A stretch of DNA of 64,000 nucleotides from Christensenellales bacterium (GTDB lineage Bacteria; Bacillota; Clostridia; Christensenellales; UBA1431), in NCBI GenBank assembly GCA_040766645.1, contig JAXGQA010000001.1:23506-87505 (forward strand). The letters are read 5' to 3'. Of this stretch, positions 1-8,721 are shown piece by piece (within the stretch, counting starts at the first letter, position 1; every line of letters starts with the position of its first letter). The translations under genes and the position numbers were made by a program. Below the pieces are notes generated by a model that saw only the letters and a program-made list of their open reading frames with translations, did not search any database and was not told the origin of the DNA.

Positions 1-432
1 ATCGGAATGATGCAGGTGCGCCCGGGATTTGACGACTTTTTGCGATACCTGAAAGAAATCGACGTGCCGCTGGTCGTGCTTTCGGGCGGCCTCGATTACA
101 CGGTGAAGGGCCGGCTCGCGCCGTACAGGGACCTCATCCACGCGATATACAGTGCCGTGCTGGATACCTCCGGGAAATACCTGTCCGTACTTTCCCCCTG
201 CACGGAACCCTATTCTTTTCTGGATAAGTCCTCGGTCCTCGCGCGCCTGAAAGCGGATGTTTTCATCGGCATCGGGGACGGTTTTACCGACCTCACGATA
301 GCGGGAAAATGCGACCATATGTTCGCCCGCGACCAGTTGTACTCCCATATGACCGAAAATCACCTGAAATGCATACCCTGGGAAAACTTCTTTGACGTCA
401 TTGATCATATGCAGAAGCACATCATCCGCTGA
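1..432 (+). CDS. HAD-IB superfamily phosphatase (MtnX/PSPase-like), N-terminus outside window
   Basis: ORF 7..432 stays open to base 1. The late HAD motifs VVLSGG and GIGDGFTD are present, but the N-terminal DxD motif is absent, so the gene starts upstream of the window. Confidence 0.6.
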   Translation: MGMMQVRPGFDDFLRYLKEIDVPLVVLSGGLDYTVKGRLAPYRDLIHAIYSAVLDTSGKYLSVLSPCTEPYSFLDKSSVLARLKADVFIGIGDGFTDLTIAGKCDHMFARDQLYSHMTENHLKCIPWENFFDVIDHMQKHIIR

Positions 433-994
433 CAATCAGCACATTCTCTATCAGGATTTTGACGCCGATGGCGATGAGTATGATGCCGCCGGCCACTTCG
501 GCACGTTTGCCGAACAGCGCGCCGAGTCTCCGCCCCACATACGCGCCGATTATGGTCAGAACGAACGTCACGCTCCCCACCACTATGACGGGCAGCACAG
601 CGTCGGCGCCGATGAAGGAAAGGCTCACGCCCACCGCGAGGGCGTCTATGCTGGTGGCCAAAGCCAGCGTTAAAAGCGTTACAAAGCGCATCCCGTCCGG
701 GCGTGCATCGGGCGCTTCACGGCGTTTCAGCCCGGCGATGACCATGTTGGCGCCTATGGCGGTCAGGATAAGGAGGGCGACCCAGTAGGCCACCGATGTG
801 ACCTGCGTACTCACGGCCCGTCCGAGGAGCGAGCCTGAAAACAGCATCGCACTCTGGAACAGGCCGAACGCGAACGCCATCTTCAGCGCATTGACCACGC
901 GCACGGTCTTGCACACCGCGCCGTTGGTGACGGCGACAGCGAACGCGTCCATGGACAATCCAAACGATATAAGCCCCAGTGAAAGCGGATCCAT
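422..994 (-). CDS. mntP: manganese efflux pump MntP
   Basis: 190 aa polytopic membrane protein with the duplicated MDAFAVAV / IDALAVGV motifs typical of MntP (DUF204). Confidence 0.85.
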   Translation of the reverse strand: MDPLSLGLISFGLSMDAFAVAVTNGAVCKTVRVVNALKMAFAFGLFQSAMLFSGSLLGRAVSTQVTSVAYWVALLILTAIGANMVIAGLKRREAPDARPDGMRFVTLLTLALATSIDALAVGVSLSFIGADAVLPVIVVGSVTFVLTIIGAYVGRRLGALFGKRAEVAGGIILIAIGVKILIENVLIVSG

Positions 995-1014
995 TCAAGC
1001 CCCTCAACTTTTCA

Positions 1015-1757
1015 TTAGATTTGATGCTTCTTCAACCACGCGCACATGGCCTCAAAAACGCGCGCCCCGGTCCCGGCGTTCACGCCACACACATAGGCCC
1101 GGCCGTCACCGTCTTCCCCCAGGCTCAGCGTGATGTCGTCCCCCGCCCTGGCCTCGGAAAGATAGTTTATCTGCAGCGTTTCCACGCGGTATTCCCGGAA
1201 CCGCTCCGGCTCGAACAGGTCGAATACCCACTCGGCGTAGCGCTGGTTGTTCATGTGCCCGTTCAGGTCGATGTCGCTGTACCGCGGCCTGCGGCGGCCC
1301 TTGGGGTGCAGCGCCACGCCGGGGATGAGCTTTCCGGGAATCATCCCGGCCAGCTTGCCGCGCACGCCTGCGTTGGGCACCACCACCGATTCCGGCGCCC
1401 GTATGATGCGGTTTTGCGCACGGTCCATGAGCAGGAACATGGAAGTTCCGCCCCCAGCGTTTCCCCGTTCGGCCGGGAAAAGCTGAAATGCCTCGGGAAG
1501 ATACGGTTCCCGACGTTTTCGGGCCAGGTGCGGACCAGCACCTCCTCTCCCCAGGTAGGATACTCGCGCATCTGCACGCATATGCGCGATACGATCCAAA
1601 ACACGCCGGCTTGCCCAAGCGCCTCGCGGCCTATCCCCAGTACGTTCGCGTGCAGCTCGGCGATCTCCTGCATCTCGTTGAGCGCCGAAGACAGCCGCCA
1701 CGCCCCGGTGAAATCCACCTCATGGTCGGGGATCCGCCGCGTCCTTTCGTATACCAT
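1015..1757 (-). pseudogene. acyl-ACP thioesterase, frameshifted as sequenced
   Basis: The N-terminal half (MVYERTRRIPDHEVDFTG...WPENVGNRIFPRHFSF) starts at ATG 1757 in the frame of ORF 1341..1985. The C-terminal half (MFLLMDRAQNRIIR...DIDLNGHMNNQRYAEW) lies in ORF 1015..1701. The two frames join cleanly if the C5 run at 1451-1455 were C6. Confidence 0.8.
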
Positions 1758-1891
1758 GCAAATAAACAGTCCTTCAACAATGACGTTTAAATGTATATTA
1801 ACATCATCTGGCAGTTCAAAACAAGGAAATACATAATTTTGGCCGATATTCCATATTCTAAGGGCAGACCCGAATACGAAAGGAGACCGAC

Positions 1892-2329
1892 ATGGATACC
1901 GCAAACGACGTGAAGCTCCTGAACGAGATATTCCAAAACGCCCGCATCGGCGTGAACGCCATCGATATAATACTCGGCAAGACACGGGATATGAACCTTC
2001 TTGGCGACCTCACCGAGCAGCGCGAAAAATACCTTGATATCGCGAAGCGGGCCGCCGGGGAGCTTATAGAGCGCGACGCGCTCCCCGAGGACATCTGCCT
2101 GCTGGCAAAGGGCGCGCTCTGGACGTCCCTGCAGGCCGCCACGCTGTTCAATTCCGCGCCCCGTCACCTCGCGCAGCTGGTAATAAACGGGAGCCGCAAC
2201 GGCATAGGCGAGATAGAGGAGCTGCTCAAGGACAGCGGGGAAACGGAGCAGGACGCGCTGGACCTCGCCAACGCGCTTATCGCGCTGGAACGGGACAGCA
2301 TGACGCGAATGGAAAGCTATGTCTCGTGA
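1892..2329 (+). CDS. hypothetical helical protein (145 aa)
   Basis: Clean ORF with AAGGAG 6 nt upstream of ATG 1892. I cannot name a family with confidence. Confidence 0.5.
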   Translation: MDTANDVKLLNEIFQNARIGVNAIDIILGKTRDMNLLGDLTEQREKYLDIAKRAAGELIERDALPEDICLLAKGALWTSLQAATLFNSAPRHLAQLVINGSRNGIGEIEELLKDSGETEQDALDLANALIALERDSMTRMESYVS

Positions 2330-2413
2330 AGGACGCTCATTCAAGGGCAACCCGGTAAAACATTTGGAGCGGACGGCATCCCCTTATGGCTTTGCCGTCC
2401 CGCCGCGTCAACG

Positions 2414-2456
2414 CAAGAAAGCAAGGGGCATGCAACGCATTCCCCTTGCTTTCTTG
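2414..2456 (-). terminator. long perfect hairpin just after the glnA stop, between convergent genes
   Basis: CAAGAAAGCAAGGGG (2414-2428) pairs perfectly with CCCCTTGCTTTCTTG (2442-2456) around a 13-nt loop. It lies 15 nt past the glnA stop. There is no long U tract beyond the stem. Confidence 0.55.
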
Positions 2457-2470
2457 CCAATCGGACCATA

Positions 2471-3886
2471 TCAGACGTCAAAATACAGGAAGAACTCGTA
2501 CGGATGTGGGCGGAGCCTTACCGGGTCGATTTCGGCTGAGCGCTTGTAATCGATCCATACATCGATGACGTCCTGAGTAAAGACGTCGCCCTGCAGCAGG
2601 AACTCGTGGTCGCTTTCCAAAGCGTTGATCGATTCTTCAAGCGAGCCGGGCACGTGCTTGATCTTCTCCGCCTCTTCCGGCGAAAGCTCGAATATGTTTT
2701 TGTCTATCGGATCGCCCGGGTCAATCCTGTTTTTCACGCCGTCCAGTCCCGCCATCAGCATGGCGGAGAAAGCGAGATAGCCGTTGCTGGTCGGGTCAGG
2801 CGGACGGAACTCGATGCGCTTGGAGGCCGGCTTATCGGAATACATGGGGATCCTGACGGCCGCCGAACGGTTCCTGGCCGAATACACGAGGTTGACGGGA
2901 GCCTCGTAGCCGGGGACCAGACGCTTATAGGAGTTGGTGGACGGAGCGCAGAACGCCATCAGCGCCTTGCCGTGCTTCAAAAGGCCGCCGATATAGTATT
3001 TTGCGAATTCGCTGATCTGGCCGTAGCTGTCCTTATCGAAGAACAGGTTCTGTCCGGCTTTCCAGATGGACTGGTGGACGTGCATGCCCGACCCGTTATC
3101 GCCAAACACGGGCTTGGGCATGAACGTCGCGGTATAACCGTATTTCTTTGCGACGTTCTTGACCACATATTTATACAGCAGCATGCTGTCGCCCATCCTG
3201 ACCAGCGTGTTGTACTTCATGTCGATCTCGCACTGCCCCGCGGTGGCGACCTCGTGGTGGTGCACTTCGATGTTGACGCCGCTGTTTATCAGGGTTAGCA
3301 TTATCTCGCTTCTGATGTCCTGCAGCGTGTCGCTGGGCGGTACGGGGAAATAACCTTCCTTGTAACGGATTTTGTTGCCAAGGTTGGGTTTCTCGTCTTT
3401 TCCGGTGTTCCACTCGCCCTCGTTTGAATCGATATAATAATAGGATTCATGCTGGTTGGCGGCAAAGCGGACGTCGTTGAACAGGAAGAACTCGAGTTCC
3501 GGCCCGAAGTACACGGTGTCGCCCAGGCCGCTGTTTTTAAGGTAGCCTTCGGCTTTCTGCGCGATGTATCTGGGGTCCCTGGTGTACGGCTTCCTGGTCA
3601 GCGGATCATAGATGTTGCAGATCAGGCTCAGCGTAGGAATTTTGTTGACGGGGTCGATAACGGCCGTATCGGGGTCTGGGAACAGCAGCATATCGGATTC
3701 CTGTATTTTCTGGAACCCCCTTATCGATGAGCCGTCAAATCCGATTCCTCCCTCGAAGAGTCCCTCGTCGAACTCGCCAAGAGAAATGGTAAAGTGCTGC
3801 CAAAGACCCGGCAAATCGTTAAATTTCAGGTCCACAACCTGTACGTTGTTATTTTTGGCAAATTCAATTACTTCTTTCGGGGTCAT
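2471..3886 (-). CDS. glnA: glutamine synthetase, type I
   Basis: 471 aa. The N-terminus is MTPKEVIEFAKNNNVQVVDLKFNDLPG. GS-I core segments are present (GFDGSSIRGF, NGSGMHVHQS, APSTNSYKRLVPGYEAP). Confidence 0.95.
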   Translation of the reverse strand: MTPKEVIEFAKNNNVQVVDLKFNDLPGLWQHFTISLGEFDEGLFEGGIGFDGSSIRGFQKIQESDMLLFPDPDTAVIDPVNKIPTLSLICNIYDPLTRKPYTRDPRYIAQKAEGYLKNSGLGDTVYFGPELEFFLFNDVRFAANQHESYYYIDSNEGEWNTGKDEKPNLGNKIRYKEGYFPVPPSDTLQDIRSEIMLTLINSGVNIEVHHHEVATAGQCEIDMKYNTLVRMGDSMLLYKYVVKNVAKKYGYTATFMPKPVFGDNGSGMHVHQSIWKAGQNLFFDKDSYGQISEFAKYYIGGLLKHGKALMAFCAPSTNSYKRLVPGYEAPVNLVYSARNRSAAVRIPMYSDKPASKRIEFRPPDPTSNGYLAFSAMLMAGLDGVKNRIDPGDPIDKNIFELSPEEAEKIKHVPGSLEESINALESDHEFLLQGDVFTQDVIDVWIDYKRSAEIDPVRLRPHPYEFFLYFDV

Positions 3887-3911
3887 ATGCTTTTACTCCT
3901 TCACCGATCTA

Positions 3912-3961
3912 TTTTGTAAAAACAAAAGGTGCCCAGCCATATAAATTGGATGGACACCTTT
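3912..3961 (-). terminator. intrinsic-terminator-like hairpin inside the glnA 5' leader (candidate attenuator)
   Basis: The minus-strand RNA reads AAAGGUGUCCAUCCA-AUUUAUA-UGGCUGGGCACCUUU followed by UGUUUUUAC. It sits about 40 nt upstream of the glnA SD (GAAGGAG) and downstream of the predicted promoter. Confidence 0.6.
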
Positions 3962-4029
3962 GTTCATACAATTGCTTTATAATATTCGCGCAGCACGAAA
4001 ACGATTAAACGACGCTGCAATTTTTAATA

Positions 4030-4057
4030 ATTATATATTATATTTGTCTTTTGTCAA
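4030..4057 (-). promoter_or_regulatory. sigma-A type promoter for glnA
   Basis: On the minus strand: TTGACA (4057-4052), a 16-nt spacer, then TATAAT (4035-4030). Confidence 0.6.
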
Positions 4058-4070
4058 GATATTACTTGTT

Positions 4071-4086
4071 TGAAATTCGCAAGGAT
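4071..4086. repeat. left flanking direct repeat (putative target-site duplication) of the IS remnant
   Basis: TGAAATTCGCAAGGAT here versus TTAAATTCGCAAGGAT at 4754-4769 (15 of 16 identical). Each copy abuts an inverted-repeat end of the element. Confidence 0.7.
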
Positions 4087-4753
4087 TGTAGGACTACAAT
4101 ACATATGGGACAACCGCGAGAAAAAAGATGAAGGATGAGCGCAAAACGGTTATTGTTAAGTTGGCAAACAAAACAGTACCGAAAGGAAGTGCTCATCCCT
4201 CATGAACAACATAACACAGGACATGAAGTACAGGCAATCCCTTATGTGCTGCGCACTAAAGTTCGGCGTTGCGCGCGGCGCGCGCAAGTATAACCGCTGC
4301 CGTTCCTACATCTACCGCTGGCTGAAACGCTATGATGGCCCCATAGAATCCCTTGCCTGCCATTCCCGCCGCCCGCATTCCCATCCTAACCAGCATACAC
4401 CTGAAGAACTTTCTCTCATCCGCAACATGCGGAAAAGGAACCCAAAGCTGGGGATTGTGGACCTTTGGTGCCGGCTGCGTTCAAGAGGATATAACCGACG
4501 CATTGAAAGCCTCTACCGCGTACTGCGCAAAATGGACGAGTTACCGAGCCCCCCGAGCCGGCGCCCTACAAACCCAAACCCTATCAACAGAGGACCAGAA
4601 GCGTTGCTACAACACCCACTGTTTTTACTCGTTCGACGACTTTGGTGCACAGCTTGCTGTTCACCACTATCGCAGCAATAACCTCCCCATGCGCCCCCTC
4701 CCCCAAGGAGTTTTTCCGTGCTTACACTGTCCTAAATGTTTGACAATCCTACA
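4087..4753 (+). mobile_element. internally deleted IS481-family-like insertion sequence (about 667 bp)
   Basis: Imperfect terminal inverted repeats: TGTAGGACTACAATACATATGGGACA at 4087 versus the reverse complement of the right end, TGTAGGATTGTCAAACATTTAGGACA (19 of 26 match). The element is flanked by a 16-bp direct repeat. It is too short to be a complete IS and its transposase lacks the catalytic core. Confidence 0.65.
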
Positions 4754-4757
4754 TTAA
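4202..4757 (+). pseudogene. transposase remnant: HTH N-terminus joined out of frame to the extreme C-terminus, DDE core missing
   Basis: ORF 4202..4681 has the N-terminus typical of IS481-type integrase/transposases (KYRQSLM..YIYRWLKRYDG..SRRPHSHPNQHTPEE..GYNRRIESLYRVLRKM). ORF 4353..4757 ends with a C-terminal tail-like segment (FYSFDDFGAQLAVHHYRSNNLPMRPL). No DDE region lies between them. Confidence 0.6.
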
Positions 4758-4769
4758 ATTCGCAAGGAT
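4754..4769. repeat. right flanking direct repeat of the IS remnant
   Basis: TTAAATTCGCAAGGAT, the partner of 4071-4086. Confidence 0.7.
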
Positions 4770-4796
4770 ATTATGTAAAAACCGATACCAGGCGAA

Positions 4797-4831
4797 TATA
4801 AAGGAAAACGCCCCTTTCGGGCGCGTTTTTG
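4797..4831 (-). terminator. intrinsic terminator of the response regulator / kinase / USP operon
   Basis: The minus-strand RNA reads AAAACGCGCCC-GAAA-GGGGCGUUUU followed by CCUUUAUAUU. It lies 15 nt after the stop of ORF 4846..5283. Confidence 0.7.
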
Positions 4832-4845
4832 CCTTGTTGTCCGGT

Positions 4846-5283
4846 TCAGCCTATGGCCTGGCCGGTCTTTTCCCGTCCGGCGCTCAGGAGCTTGAGGTTC
4901 CCGGCTTCGTCCACGATGGATATGGGTATGTCCAGACACTCCGAGCAGATGGTGGTAATGAAATCGCTCTGCAGTATGTCGGGCACGCCCCCGAGAACGA
5001 TATGCGCTATCCTGTTGGCCCGTATGTACAGCACGGCGGCGCGGGCCGGGTCGTCGCGGTAGTACACGGTCATCTCGGCCCCGACCTTCCGGGACGTGGC
5101 GAACAGATACTCGATTTCGCTGACGGAGCTGTTGTTTGCCAACTCCCGCGGCTGTGCGCAGAACACCTTGAGGTCCAATTCCTGCCGGTCGGCAAGCGCC
5201 TTCCCGGCATGTATGAGCCTGTCGCAGCTCAATTGGTTGGTGACGCAGACCAATGCGGCGGGCTTTTGATTCTTTCTCCTCAC
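4846..5283 (-). CDS. universal stress protein-like domain protein (KdpD USP-domain-like)
   Basis: 145 aa beginning ALVCVTNQLSCDRLIHAGKALA, ending with a ...AHIVLG... pattern. It lies immediately downstream of the sensor kinase on the same strand. Confidence 0.55.
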   Translation of the reverse strand: MRRKNQKPAALVCVTNQLSCDRLIHAGKALADRQELDLKVFCAQPRELANNSSVSEIEYLFATSRKVGAEMTVYYRDDPARAAVLYIRANRIAHIVLGGVPDILQSDFITTICSECLDIPISIVDEAGNLKLLSAGREKTGQAIG

Positions 5284-5437
5284 GTCTTAAAAATCCCCTT
5301 TCCAAGGCATGGCCGCCTCGTGTTCAGCCCCCATGATAAACCGAAAATGAGGCCTGAACGTGGCAACACAAAGGAATTGTCGGACACTTCCCAAACTTTG
5401 GCGCATCCCATAATGTCTATGCGCCGTTGGCCTCGCC

Positions 5438-7231
5438 TCATGCATCCCTGTCGTGCGCGTCCTCCCGCAGCAGCGTGAACGTGAACTTCGAGCCTTTCCC
5501 CTCCTCGCTCTCCGCCTTGATGGTCTCCCCCAGCTTGTTGAGCACCTCGCGCGCAATGGACAGGCCAAGGCCGGTGCCGCCGCCGGCGTGCGCCTTGTCC
5601 GATTTGTAGAAGCGGTCGAAAAGATGCGCGAGGTCCTCCTTCCGTATGCCGACGCCCTCGTCCTCCACCGAAACATAGATGCGCTCGTCGTCCCATTCGG
5701 CGCTGACGCGCACGCATCCGCTTTCGGAATACTTCACGGCGTTGTCCAAAAGTATCACGAGCACCTGCTCTATCCTGTCCGCGTTGCTCCACGCGCGCGG
5801 ACAAGCGGCAGAATCGATATCCAGCCGAAACTCCAGACCAACCTCTTCCACCATGTTCCGGTACTTTTCCCCCACTTCCCGGAGCAGCGCGCCGACGTCC
5901 ACCGAGCTGCACCGCACGGCCACCGTCCCGGCCTGCAGGCGCGAAAGCTCCAGCAAATCGTCGATAAGCCGGGACAGGCGCAGGGATTCCCGCAGGATAT
6001 AGCCGTAATACCGCTGTTTATCCTGCTCGGAGCGGACGATGCCGTCGTGCAGCGCCTCGGCCAGCCCGCGCACCCCGGCCACCGGCGTGCGCAGCTCGTG
6101 GGACACGTTGGCCACGTAATCCCGCTGCATCTGCTCCAGCCTCTCGGACTCGGTCACGTCCCTGAACAGGCCGACCGCGCCGACCACGGTCCCGTTTTCG
6201 TCCTCCAGCGGGGAGATGGATACGCGCAGCACGATGCTGCCCTGACTCAGGCTGCGCACCATGGGACATCGCTCCTGAATCGCGAAGTCGAAGTCCTTCC
6301 ATACGGATTCATCGGGTATAAGCTGTTCGCGTTCGGTTATCTGCGCCGCGGCGTTGTGGCCGAAAAGGCGCAGCACCGACGGGTTGGTGTGCGTTATGCT
6401 TCCGGTGTGGTCGACGGCGACGATGCCCTCGTTCAGGCCGTCCAGCGTATTCTTCAGGCGGTTGCGCTCGACCACCAGGGAAGAAATGGTCGCCGAAAGC
6501 TGGGTGGCCAGATAATTGAACGCCAGCGCCAGCTCCCCCACCTCGCCCTTTCTGGTCTCGTCGGCGCGCACCGAATAGTCGCCCCTTGCCATGTGCAGCG
6601 CGACGCCGCGCATCTGGTTAATGGGACGTATCATGCGGCGGGCGGCCAGATACGCGGGTATGAGCATGACGGCAAACGCGATGAGCATGCTGACGAACAG
6701 CGAATTGTTGAGCGTTGTGACCGTGCCCGAAAGGTCCATCAGGGGCTTTGTCAGCAGGACGGCGCCGACGATCTTGTCGTCCTGGGCAATGGGCATGCCG
6801 ACAACGAGATAGTCCCGGCCGGTGGTGCTCGAGTGGACCTGGCTGACTATTCTGTTGCCCTTGACGACGCTGACGATAGATGCCGCGAGGAGCTTCACAT
6901 AGTCCTCCGCCCCATCGGAACCGCTCTCCGTTTCCGGCGACGTGGCTTCGAAATAATATCCGCCCTGCGCGTCGCAGACATGGATGTTCGCGCCCAACAC
7001 CGTCGCGTCGGACACCATGGTCTTGAGGACATCCTTGGGCATGGTCCCTTCGAGGTAGCGGGTCATGAGATTGGAAAAGTATTCCGCGCGCGGCACCAGA
7101 TCGGTGGCCACCATTTCGGCCACGATGCTGCGCGCCGCCACCACGAACAGTATGGTCGTGAACAGTGCGGAAAGCAGTATGGTCGCCGCTATAAGCAAAA
7201 CGATGCGCCTTAAAAACCAGCTTTTTATCAA
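5438..7231 (-). CDS. sensor histidine kinase (TM-sensor-TM, HAMP, PAS, HisKA, HATPase_c)
   Basis: 597 aa with two hydrophobic segments, an H-box (VANVSHELRTPVAGV) and N/G boxes (LLDNAVKYS, DEGVGI, GGTGLGLSIA). Confidence 0.9.
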   Translation of the reverse strand: MIKSWFLRRIVLLIAATILLSALFTTILFVVAARSIVAEMVATDLVPRAEYFSNLMTRYLEGTMPKDVLKTMVSDATVLGANIHVCDAQGGYYFEATSPETESGSDGAEDYVKLLAASIVSVVKGNRIVSQVHSSTTGRDYLVVGMPIAQDDKIVGAVLLTKPLMDLSGTVTTLNNSLFVSMLIAFAVMLIPAYLAARRMIRPINQMRGVALHMARGDYSVRADETRKGEVGELALAFNYLATQLSATISSLVVERNRLKNTLDGLNEGIVAVDHTGSITHTNPSVLRLFGHNAAAQITEREQLIPDESVWKDFDFAIQERCPMVRSLSQGSIVLRVSISPLEDENGTVVGAVGLFRDVTESERLEQMQRDYVANVSHELRTPVAGVRGLAEALHDGIVRSEQDKQRYYGYILRESLRLSRLIDDLLELSRLQAGTVAVRCSSVDVGALLREVGEKYRNMVEEVGLEFRLDIDSAACPRAWSNADRIEQVLVILLDNAVKYSESGCVRVSAEWDDERIYVSVEDEGVGIRKEDLAHLFDRFYKSDKAHAGGGTGLGLSIAREVLNKLGETIKAESEEGKGSKFTFTLLREDAHDRDA

Positions 7232-7926
7232 GAGCTTACCTCAAACTTGTAGCCCACACCGTATATGGTCTTGATGGACCAGGGCACGCCCTCCTGCGGG
7301 AGCTTTTGGCGGATGCGCTTTATCTGCGTGTCTACCGCGCGCGTGTCCCCGAAATAATCGTAGCCCCATACTTTGGAGAGTATCTGCTCACGGTCAAACA
7401 CCTGCCCGGGATGGGAGGCGAGCAGATGAAGTATCTCCACTTCCTTGGGCGTGCAGGGCAGGACGGCCTGGTTGTAGCGGACCTCGTAGTGGTTGATGTT
7501 TATCTCAAGGCCCTCGAAGCGCAGGATGGGCTCGGCTTCCTCCCGCGGCTCGGCGGTGCGCCGGAGCACGGCCTTGATGCGGGCGATAACCTCCCGCGGG
7601 CTGAACGGCTTGACGATGTAATCGTCGGCCCCCAACTCCAGCCCGAGTATCCTGTCTATCTCCTCGCCCTTGGCGGTGAGCATGATGATGGGCACGCTGC
7701 TCGTTTTTCTAAGCTCCCTGCACACCTCCATGCCGGACAGCTTGGGCATCATCAGGTCGAGTATAACGATGTCCGGCTTCTCGTTTTTGGCAAGCTCGAG
7801 CGCCTGCTCGCCGTCGAACGCGGAAACGTAGGTGAACCCTTCCGCGTCGAGATACATGCGGAGGGATTCGTGTATGATGGACTGGTCGTCACAAATCAGC
7901 ACATGGTGTTTTCTGTTCATGGGCAA
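7228..7926 (-). CDS. OmpR/PhoB-family response regulator
   Basis: 232 aa with a receiver domain (VLICDD...ILDLMMPKLSG...LTAKG) and a winged-helix C-terminus (LTPKEVEILHLL...TIYGVGYKF). It overlaps the kinase start by 4 nt. Confidence 0.92.
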   Translation of the reverse strand: MPMNRKHHVLICDDQSIIHESLRMYLDAEGFTYVSAFDGEQALELAKNEKPDIVILDLMMPKLSGMEVCRELRKTSSVPIIMLTAKGEEIDRILGLELGADDYIVKPFSPREVIARIKAVLRRTAEPREEAEPILRFEGLEININHYEVRYNQAVLPCTPKEVEILHLLASHPGQVFDREQILSKVWGYDYFGDTRAVDTQIKRIRQKLPQEGVPWSIKTIYGVGYKFEVSS

Positions 7927-8178
7927 CCCCGATTTATCGTATTTTGTCTATATACCGATTATATAAACCATAACGCTTTGTTGGCAACGTATGCGCCGCA
8001 TCTGTCATAATTGTACACCTTTATGCCAAAATGTTGCCCTCTTGTGTTCACAATGATGCTCTATATTGTGGTAAAAAGAAAAGCCGGACCGGCCCGCACC
8101 AAAAAATATCCTCTCTCAACACCTTCCCATTACGGAAATAACATTTTCGTAGACCCTCGGGTGCGGGCTTTAATAATT

Positions 8179-8210
8179 AAGACTTCTGCCAAATGGCGGA
8201 AGTCTTTTTT
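8179..8210 (-). terminator. hairpin terminator directly after aroQ (looks bidirectional)
   Basis: AAGACTTCTGCC (8179-8190) pairs with GGCGGAAGTCTT (8195-8206) around an AAAT loop. There is a T6 run on the plus side and an A-run on the other side. It starts 4 nt past the aroQ stop. Confidence 0.55.
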
Positions 8211-8213
8211 AAT

Positions 8214-8636
8214 TCACGCCAGCGCCTCCAGCGCGAGCAGGTACCCTTTGGGGCCAAGGCCGCATATCTGCCCCCGACAGACGGCCGCCGTGACCGAGCG
8301 GTGCCTGAACTCTTCGCGCGCGTGGATGTTGGAAAGATGCACCTCTATGACCGGCGTCGAGATGGCCGCGACGGCATCGCGGATGGCGTAGCTGTAATGC
8401 GTGTACGCGCCGGGGTTGAGTATGACGCCCTGCGCGTTCCCGTGCGCTGCGTGGAGCTTGTCGATGATGTCGCCCTCGGAGTTGAACTGGAAGCATTCCG
8501 CCGCTACGCCCAGCTCTCTGGCGCGGGCGCATATCTCGTCCTCGATTGCCGCCAGCGTCTGCGCCCCGTACACGCCCGGCTCCCGTATGCCCAGCATGTT
8601 CAGGTTGGGGCCGTTTATGATCCATATGTTTTTCAT
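8214..8636 (-). CDS. aroQ: 3-dehydroquinate dehydratase, type II
   Basis: Starts at ATG 8636 with MKNIWIINGPNLNMLGIREPGVYG, and carries ...NPGAYTHYSYAIRDA...EVHLSNIHAREEFR. This is a classic AroQ signature. Confidence 0.93.
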   Translation of the reverse strand: MKNIWIINGPNLNMLGIREPGVYGAQTLAAIEDEICARARELGVAAECFQFNSEGDIIDKLHAAHGNAQGVILNPGAYTHYSYAIRDAVAAISTPVIEVHLSNIHAREEFRHRSVTAAVCRGQICGLGPKGYLLALEALA

Positions 8637-8721
8637 TGCCGCATCCTCCGCTTTGGTATTTGATAAACGCATCGCGCACGTGTTAAACTTGTATCGATCC
8701 GGCGAAAAGGAGGCACATCAC

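Noticed and set aside
5453-7213. Very long ORFs antisense to confidently assigned genes. Examples are 5453..7213 (586 aa), 9723..11486 (587 aa), 13517..14677, 27248..28573, 40681..41856, 46082..48202 (706 aa) and 58854..60014.
   Set aside because: These are typical shadow ORFs of high-GC DNA. Their translations are Arg/Ala/Gly/Pro/His-rich low-complexity strings with no motifs. Each lies exactly opposite a gene with strong family signatures.
8011-8391. 126-aa plus-strand ORF starting in the AT-rich gap upstream of the response regulator.
   Set aside because: It crosses the hairpin terminator at 8179-8210 and then overlaps aroQ antisense. It has no motifs and no SD.
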